A DNA stretch of 64,000 bases. Origin: Anaeromyxobacter sp. GTDB taxonomy: Bacteria; Myxococcota; Myxococcia; Myxococcales; Anaeromyxobacteraceae. The DNA is taken from positions 352,001-416,000 of the forward strand of contig JASGJN010000017.1 of the NCBI GenBank assembly GCA_049840735.1. The letters run 5' to 3'. Below, in pieces: positions 57,933 to 64,000 of this stretch. Below the pieces are notes generated by a model that saw only the letters and a list, made by a program, of their open reading frames with translations, did no database searches and had not been told where the DNA came from. The first letter of the stretch is position 1. Every line of letters begins with the position of its first letter. The position numbers were made by a program, and so were the translations under genes.

Positions 57933-59972
57933 GTGAGCATGCAAGCCGGGATCGAGCTGGTGATCCAGAACCGGACCGGGCTCCACGCCAGGCCGGCCCG
58001 CGAGTTCGTCAACCTGGCCAAGAAGTTCCAGGCCGACGTGCGGGTGCTGCACGGCGGCCGCAAGGCCAACGGCAAGAGCCTGGTGTCGCTCCTCACGCTG
58101 GGCGCGAAGCAGGGCGCCGCCATCCGCATCGAGGTGGACGGCCCGGACGCCGAGGCGGCGCTGGACGCGCTCACGGCAGCGGTCGCGAGCGGCCTCAACG
58201 ACGAGCCGGCCGCCGCCGCCGCGCCTCCGGCTCAAGCGCCCGTCCCCCTCCCCTCACCGGAGGCCCAGGCGCCGCTGGCGGCGGGGGCGCTGCGCGGCAT
58301 CCCGGCCGCGCCCGGCGTGGCCATCGGGCCGCTGCACCAGCTGGTGCGCGCCGCGGAGCCGATCCGCCGCGATGAGCAGCTGGACGATCCCTACGCCGAG
58401 GCGGGCAAGCTGCGCGAGGCCATCGCCACCGCCCGCCACCAGGTCGCGGCCATCCGCGAGCGGCTGGCCGGGCAGGCCACCGCCGCCGACGCGGCCATCT
58501 TCGACGTGCACCTGGAGATCCTGGAGGACCCGGACCTGCTGGCCGCCGCCGCTGCCCGCGTGACGCGCGGCGAGGGCGCGGTGCGGAGCTGGCAGTCCGC
58601 GCTGGAGGAGCGCGCGGTCCAGGTGGCGGTGCTGGAGGACGCGCTGCTGGCGGCCCGCGCCGCCGACCTGCGCGACGTGGCCGCCCGGGTGGTGCGCATC
58701 CTCACCGGCGTGGTCGAGGACGCCCTGGCCGCCCTCCCCGACCGGCCGGTGATCCTGGTGGCGAGCGACCTCTCGCCCTCCGAGACCGCCTCGCTCGATC
58801 GGACCCGCATCCTGGGGCTGTGCACGGCCGCCGGCGGGCCCACCTCGCACGCCGCCATCCTGGCCCGCGCCCTGGCCCTCCCCTCGGTGGTCAACGCCGG
58901 GCCGGAGGTGCTCACCTGGCCCAACGGGACCACGGTGGTGCTGGACGGCGAGGCGGGCGTCATCGAGCGCGATCCCGACCCGGCCCGGGTGGCCCGGGCC
59001 CAGGAGGCGCAGGCTGCCGCCGCGGCGCGCCGGCGCGAGGCCGAGCGCACCGCCAGCGATCCGGCCGTGACCCGAGACGGCCACCGGGTGGAGGTGGTGG
59101 CCAACGTGGGCAGCGCCGAGGAGGCGGTCCGGGCCCAGGCGGCCGGCGCCGAGGGCGTGGGGCTCCTGCGCACCGAGTTCCTGTTCCTGGAGCGCACCCA
59201 GCCGCCCGGCGAGGACGAGCAGCACCGGGTCTACGCCAACGTGGCCAGCGCGCTGCGCGGGCAGCCGGTGATCATCCGCACGCTCGACGTGGGTGGCGAC
59301 AAGCCGCTGCCCTACCTGGACCTGCGCCCCGAGGCCAATCCGTTCCTGGGTGAGCGCGGCATCCGGCTCTGCCTGGCCCGTCCCGCGCTCTTCCGCGAGC
59401 AGCTGCGCGCCATCCTGCGGGCCACCACCGCCGGGCGCATCCGCATCATGTTCCCCATGATCGCCGACCTGCGCGAATGGCGGGCCGCCCGCGCCCTGGT
59501 GCGGGAGGTGGCCACCTCGCTCAAGGTGCAGGAGGTCGAGGTGGGCATCATGGTGGAGGTCCCCTCCGCCGCCCTGCTGGCCGGGGCCTTCGCCCGCGAG
59601 GTGGACTTCTTCTCCATCGGCTCCAACGACCTCACCCAGTACACCCTGGCCATGGACCGCGGCCACCCCGGCCTGGCCGCGCAGGCCGACGGCCTGCACC
59701 CGGCGGTGCTGGCGCTGATCGCCCGCACCGTGGAGGGCGCCCACCGCGAGAAGAAGTGGGTGGGGATCTGCGGCGAGCTGGGCTCGGACCCGGTGGCGGT
59801 GCCCATCCTGGTCGGGCTGGGCGTGGACGAGCTCTCGGTCAGCGTGCCCGCCATCGCGGCGGTCAAGGCGCAGGTCCGGGGGCTCGGCTTCGATGACGCG
59901 AAGAAGGTGGCCGAGGTGGCGCTGGCGTGCAGCACCGCGGCCGAGGTCAGGCAGAAGGCGAGGCTCCCATGA
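57933..59972 (+). CDS. ptsP: HPr-Enzyme I fusion
   Basis: GLHARPA, GGPTSHAAIL, GVGLLRTEFL, FSIGSNDLTQY. Confidence 0.92.
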   Translation: MSMQAGIELVIQNRTGLHARPAREFVNLAKKFQADVRVLHGGRKANGKSLVSLLTLGAKQGAAIRIEVDGPDAEAALDALTAAVASGLNDEPAAAAAPPAQAPVPLPSPEAQAPLAAGALRGIPAAPGVAIGPLHQLVRAAEPIRRDEQLDDPYAEAGKLREAIATARHQVAAIRERLAGQATAADAAIFDVHLEILEDPDLLAAAAARVTRGEGAVRSWQSALEERAVQVAVLEDALLAARAADLRDVAARVVRILTGVVEDALAALPDRPVILVASDLSPSETASLDRTRILGLCTAAGGPTSHAAILARALALPSVVNAGPEVLTWPNGTTVVLDGEAGVIERDPDPARVARAQEAQAAAAARRREAERTASDPAVTRDGHRVEVVANVGSAEEAVRAQAAGAEGVGLLRTEFLFLERTQPPGEDEQHRVYANVASALRGQPVIIRTLDVGGDKPLPYLDLRPEANPFLGERGIRLCLARPALFREQLRAILRATTAGRIRIMFPMIADLREWRAARALVREVATSLKVQEVEVGIMVEVPSAALLAGAFAREVDFFSIGSNDLTQYTLAMDRGHPGLAAQADGLHPAVLALIARTVEGAHREKKWVGICGELGSDPVAVPILVGLGVDELSVSVPAIAAVKAQVRGLGFDDAKKVAEVALACSTAAEVRQKARLP

Positions 59973-61717
59973 CGGACAAGTTCACGCAGTACCGCGCCAC
60001 GCCGGTGCCCGTTCCGGCGCGGACGCTCACCTGGAACATGTACGGCGCCGGCCTGGAGAACGTCGGCCGCGCCGGACGGCCCGAGACCTTCCCGGTCCCC
60101 TCCCCCGGCCCCGACCAGCTGCTGGTCCGCGTGGACGCGGTGGGCATGTGCTTCTCCGACGTGAAGCTCATCAAGCAGGGCGGCAAGCACCCCAAGCTCT
60201 ACGACCGCGACCTGTCGCACGAGCCCACCCGGCTCGGGCACGAGGTGGCGCTGACGGTGGTGGAGGCGGGCGAGAAGCTGCGCGGCCGCTTCCGCCCGGG
60301 CCAGCGGCTCGGGCTGCAGCCGGACATCTACCAGGGCGGCCGGTCCACGGCCTACGGGTACACCATCCCCGGCGGCCTGACCCAGTTCCACCTCCTCGGC
60401 CCGGAGGTGCTGGACGCCGAGGGCGCCTGCTTCGTGCTGCCGCTCGAGGGCGACCTGGGCTACGCCGCCACCGCGCTCACAGAGCCCTGGGCCTGCGTGG
60501 AGGGGGCCTACCGGCAGCGCCGGCGGCTCGAGCCCAGGCCCGGCGGCGTGATGTGGCTGGTGGGCCGCCCCGGCGACGCCACCGCCTACACCTGCTCGCG
60601 CGGGCTGGAGGCGCCGGCCACCTTCGTGCTGACCGACGCGCCGCCCGCCGTGGCCGCGCTGGTCGAGAAGGAGGCTGCTCGCCGCGGCGCGAAGGTGATC
60701 CGCCGCGACGGCGTGGCGCCTGCGGGCTTTGCGGCGCTCTCCACCGAGCTGACCGGCGGCGCCGGCTTCGACGACGTGGTGCTGCTCGAGCCGCGCTCGG
60801 CCGAGGCCGTGGGCGCCGCGGGCCGGGTGGTGGCCCGCCGCGGCACGCTCAACCTGGTGGGCCGGACGCCGCTCGACGGCCCGGTGCAGGTGGACGTGGG
60901 GCGCATCCACTACGACTACACCGCCTACGTCGGCAGCCCCGGGCCGGACCTGGCCGCCTCCTACGGCGAGGCGCGCAACCGGGCCGAGCTGCGCGACGGC
61001 GGCCTGGCGGTCTACGTCGGCGCCGGCGGCCCCATGGGCCAGATGCACGTGCAGCGCGCGCTGGAGCTGCCCGGTGGCCCGCGCACGCTGCTGGCCAGCG
61101 ACGTCAACGGCGAGCGGCTGGCGGTGGTGGGCAAGGCCTTCGCCTCCCTGGCCCGCGAGCGCGGCAAGGAGCTGGTCCTGTTCCACCAGGCGCCCGGCGC
61201 CGAGCCGCTGCGCGAGGTGGTGGACCGGCTCTCCGGCGGGCGCGGCGCCGACGACGTGATCGTCTCGGTGCCGGTGGGCGAGGTGATGGCCGACGCGGCG
61301 AGGCTGATGGCACCGGACGGCATGCTGGTGCTCTTCGCCGGCGTGCCCAACGGCACCTACGCCCCGCTGGACCTGTCCGCGGTCTACCTGCACAACGCCC
61401 AGTACACCGGCACCTCCGGCTCCACCCTGGACGACCAGCGGCTGGTGATCCGCAAGGCGCTGGACCACACGCTGTCGCCGCAGCGCTCGGTGGGCGCGGT
61501 GGGCGGCCTGCACGCCGCGGTGGAGGGCGCGCGCGCCATGATGGAGGGGCGCTTCCCGGGCAAGATCCTGATCTTCCCGCAGCTGCCGGACCTGCCGCTG
61601 CTCTCGCTCCCGGAGCTGGCGCAGCGCTACCCGGAGGTCGGCGGCAAGCTCGACGCCAGCGGCGGGTGGACGCCGGAGGCCGAGAAGGCCCTCATCGAGA
61701 GGTTCTGGGCGCCGTGA
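59969..61717 (+). CDS. Extended Zn-dependent MDR dehydrogenase, L-sorbose-1-phosphate reductase-like
   Basis: GMCFSD, GHE, GAGGPMG, YTGTSGS; duplicated Rossmann-like C-terminal region. Confidence 0.75.
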   Translation: MTDKFTQYRATPVPVPARTLTWNMYGAGLENVGRAGRPETFPVPSPGPDQLLVRVDAVGMCFSDVKLIKQGGKHPKLYDRDLSHEPTRLGHEVALTVVEAGEKLRGRFRPGQRLGLQPDIYQGGRSTAYGYTIPGGLTQFHLLGPEVLDAEGACFVLPLEGDLGYAATALTEPWACVEGAYRQRRRLEPRPGGVMWLVGRPGDATAYTCSRGLEAPATFVLTDAPPAVAALVEKEAARRGAKVIRRDGVAPAGFAALSTELTGGAGFDDVVLLEPRSAEAVGAAGRVVARRGTLNLVGRTPLDGPVQVDVGRIHYDYTAYVGSPGPDLAASYGEARNRAELRDGGLAVYVGAGGPMGQMHVQRALELPGGPRTLLASDVNGERLAVVGKAFASLARERGKELVLFHQAPGAEPLREVVDRLSGGRGADDVIVSVPVGEVMADAARLMAPDGMLVLFAGVPNGTYAPLDLSAVYLHNAQYTGTSGSTLDDQRLVIRKALDHTLSPQRSVGAVGGLHAAVEGARAMMEGRFPGKILIFPQLPDLPLLSLPELAQRYPEVGGKLDASGGWTPEAEKALIERFWAP

Positions 61718-62637
61718 TCTACACGCTCACGCTCAACCCGGCCCTGGACCGGGAGCTCCAGGTGCCGGAGATCGCCTTCGACGCCGTGCTGCGCGCCAGC
61801 TCGCAGCGCGTCGACTGCGGCGGCAAGGGCTTCAACGTCTCCCGCGCGCTGGCCGGGCTGGGCGCGGAGAGCGTGGCGCTGGGGCTGGTGGGCGGCTTCG
61901 CCGGCCAGCAGCTGACGGCCGGGCTGGCCGCGCTCGGCATCCCCACCGACTTCGTCTCCATCGCCGGCGAGACCCGCACCAACGTGACCATCGTCGGGCC
62001 CGGGCACCACATCAAGGTGAACGAGGCCGGCCCCACCATCCGCCCGGAGGAGCTGGCGCGGCTGGTGTCGGCGGTGAAGGCCACGGCCCGCGCCGGCGAC
62101 TGGTGGGTCCTCTCCGGCAGCCTGCCCCCCGGGGCGCCGGACCGGCTCTACGCCGACCTGATCGCCATCCTGAAGGCGGCCGGCGCGCGCGCCGTGCTCG
62201 ACACCAGCGGCCCGGCCCTGCGCCACGCCTGCGCCGCGGGGCCGTTCCTGGCCAAGCCCAACGCGGCCGAGGCGACCGAGCTGACCGGTCACCGCGTCGA
62301 GTCGGCCGACGACGTGGGGCCCGCCCTCGACGCCATCCACGCCGGCGGGGTGAGCACGGTGCTCGTCTCGCTGGGCAAGCGCGGGGCGGTCCTCTCCGAC
62401 GGCACGAACCGCTGGCGGGCGCGGCCGCCGGCCATCGAGGAGCGGAACCCCATCGGCGCGGGCGACGCCATGGTGGCGGGGCTGGTCTGGGCCCTGTCGC
62501 GGAGCCTGGCGCCGGAGGAGGCGCTGCGCTGGGGCGTGGCCAGCGGCGCGGCCGCCGCGGCCATGGACGGCACGGCGGCCGGGTCGCGCGAGGCGGTGGA
62601 GGCGCTCACGCGCCGGGTGGAGATCGCGCCGCTCTGA
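61714..62637 (+). CDS. 1-phosphofructokinase-family PfkB kinase
   Basis: IYTLTLNPALD, GGKGFNVS, KPN, IGAGDAM. Confidence 0.9.
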   Translation: MIYTLTLNPALDRELQVPEIAFDAVLRASSQRVDCGGKGFNVSRALAGLGAESVALGLVGGFAGQQLTAGLAALGIPTDFVSIAGETRTNVTIVGPGHHIKVNEAGPTIRPEELARLVSAVKATARAGDWWVLSGSLPPGAPDRLYADLIAILKAAGARAVLDTSGPALRHACAAGPFLAKPNAAEATELTGHRVESADDVGPALDAIHAGGVSTVLVSLGKRGAVLSDGTNRWRARPPAIEERNPIGAGDAMVAGLVWALSRSLAPEEALRWGVASGAAAAAMDGTAAGSREAVEALTRRVEIAPL

Positions 62638-62658
62638 GCGGCGCAGGTGGAGGGCGTC

Positions 62659-63021
62659 ATGGGCTACGAGGTGAAGGGCACGAGGAGCTACGCGAAGCCC
62701 GCTGCGGCGGTGGCCGCGGCCGCGGCAGAGGTACTGGCGGCCCTCGGCGGCAAGGCGGCCAAGACCTCACGGCCGGCCGACGGGCACCTGGAGGCCATCT
62801 TCAACAAGGAGGTGGCGGGCAAGGCCTTCATGAACCGCTGCCAGCTGGTGCTTGACGTCGCCGCCTCGGGCGAGCAGGCCTCGCTTTCGGCCGGTTGCTG
62901 GCCCATCGACCCCATCGGCAAGAAGCTCCTCTTCGGCGTGATGGGCGAGCCGGCCAAGCTGGTGCTGGACACGTTCCTGGCGCGGCTGGACGCCGCGCTG
63001 GGGCAGACCGCCGGCGCCTAG
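62659..63021 (+). CDS. Hypothetical protein
   Basis: 120-aa ORF with GGAGG RBS. Confidence 0.7.
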   Translation: MGYEVKGTRSYAKPAAAVAAAAAEVLAALGGKAAKTSRPADGHLEAIFNKEVAGKAFMNRCQLVLDVAASGEQASLSAGCWPIDPIGKKLLFGVMGEPAKLVLDTFLARLDAALGQTAGA

Positions 63022-63025
63022 CGGC

Positions 63026-63054
63026 TTGGCGGCCGGCGGAGCCCGGGCTATGGT
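63026..63054 (+). promoter_or_regulatory. Sigma70-like promoter of the LacI gene
   Basis: TTGGCG-N17-TATGGT. Confidence 0.45.
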
Positions 63055-63077
63055 CCCGCGGCCTTGGAGGGCGAGAC

Positions 63078-64000
63078 GTGGCACGGATCCGGGACGTGGC
63101 AGAGCGCGCGAAGGTGTCGGTGGCCTCCGTGTCACGCGTGCTGGCCGGCCACGACCAGGTGAGCGACGAGGTCCGCCGCCGGGTGATGGAGGCCGTCAGG
63201 GCGCTGGACTACCGGCCGGACATGGCCGCCCGCCGCCTGCGCTCCCGGCGCACCGACACCATCGGCCTGGTCGTCTCGGACATCCGCAACCCGTTCTTCA
63301 CCGACGTGAGCCGGGCGGTCGAGGACCTGGCGTCGGCCCACAAGATGCGGCTCATCCTCTGCAACACCGACGAGGACCCGCGCAAGGAGGCCGCCTGCCT
63401 GGCGCTGATGCGCGAGGAGAACGTGAGCGGGGTGATCCTCTCGCCCACGCTCAAGCTCCTCTCCAGCCTGGACGCCACGGCCTACGGCTATCCGCTGGTG
63501 CTGGTGGATCGCTGCGAGCGCGGCACGGCCGCCGACGCGGTGGTGATCGACAACCAGGCGGCCGCCCACGAGCTCACCGACCACGTGCTGGCCAGCGGCC
63601 GCCGCAAGGTGGCCTGCCTCTACGGCGCCACCAGCGCCACCGGGCGCCAGCGGCTCGAAGGCTACAGCGCGGCCATGAAGGCCAGCGGCCTGCGCCCGCA
63701 GGCGGTGGGCGTGCAGCCGGTCATCGAGGCCGCCCGCGAGGCGGCCCTGGCCCTGCTCCGCGGCCCTGCCCTGCCCGAGGCCATCCTGGCCAGCTCCGGC
63801 CTGGTGCTGCTGGGCGCGGTGGAGGCGCTGCGCGAGACCCGCCGCGCCGTCCCGCAGGACGTCGCCGTCGCCGGGTTCGACGACCTGCCCTGGACGCGCC
63901 TGGTGGAGCCGGGCGTGACCGTGGTGGCCCAGCCCACCTACGAGATGGGCCGGACCGCCACCGAGCTGCTCCTGCAGCGCATCGCCTCGCCGCAGAAGCC
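63078..64000 (+). CDS. LacI-family regulator (3' end beyond the window)
   Basis: ARIRDVAERAKVSVASVSRVL, IGLVVSDIRNPFF, VAGFDD. Absent from the ORF track because no stop lies in the window. Confidence 0.92.
   Translation, partial: MARIRDVAERAKVSVASVSRVLAGHDQVSDEVRRRVMEAVRALDYRPDMAARRLRSRRTDTIGLVVSDIRNPFFTDVSRAVEDLASAHKMRLILCNTDEDPRKEAACLALMREENVSGVILSPTLKLLSSLDATAYGYPLVLVDRCERGTAADAVVIDNQAAAHELTDHVLASGRRKVACLYGATSATGRQRLEGYSAAMKASGLRPQAVGVQPVIEAAREAALALLRGPALPEAILASSGLVLLGAVEALRETRRAVPQDVAVAGFDDLPWTRLVEPGVTVVAQPTYEMGRTATELLLQRIASPQK

Overview
High-GC bacterial window, probably Myxococcota/Anaeromyxobacter-like (inferred from REP-type palindromes and gene content). It has three zones. (1) 1-22.4 kb: an IS-riddled tail of orphan polymorphic-toxin modules. 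These are a partial duplicate of the big toxin with a different C-terminus, a hydrophobic tip, a lytic-transglycosylase-like tip and a colicin-E5-like RNase tip (the last three each followed by a candidate immunity gene), plus a phage-tailspike-like beta-helix gene split by an ISAs1 element. A recurring 59-bp GGGGTAGGGG-ended boundary element lies downstream of three toxin/immunity modules. (2) 22.4-42.3 kb: one giant minus-strand gene of about 6,607 aa once two single-base frameshifts are corrected. It encodes a YD/RHS-repeat shell with an inserted six-hairpin glycosidase-like domain and 21 inserted Big_3-type Ig domains, then LysM, a hydrophobic segment and a PD-(D/E)xK nuclease tip. Divergent from it are a tri-domain glycosyltransferase, a methyltransferase and ATP-grasp-like, TPR and small hypothetical genes. 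The toxin gene and the ATP-grasp/TPR operon carry matching sigma28-type promoters, suggesting a sigma28-regulated, possibly flagellar/T3SS-exported, glycosylated adhesin-toxin system (inference). (3) 48-64 kb: ordinary metabolic genes: ECF sigma/anti-sigma fusion, thioesterase, glgX, GMC oxidoreductase, and a LacI-controlled mannitol-family PTS operon without mtlD. All family assignments are from motif recognition by eye; no searches were run.
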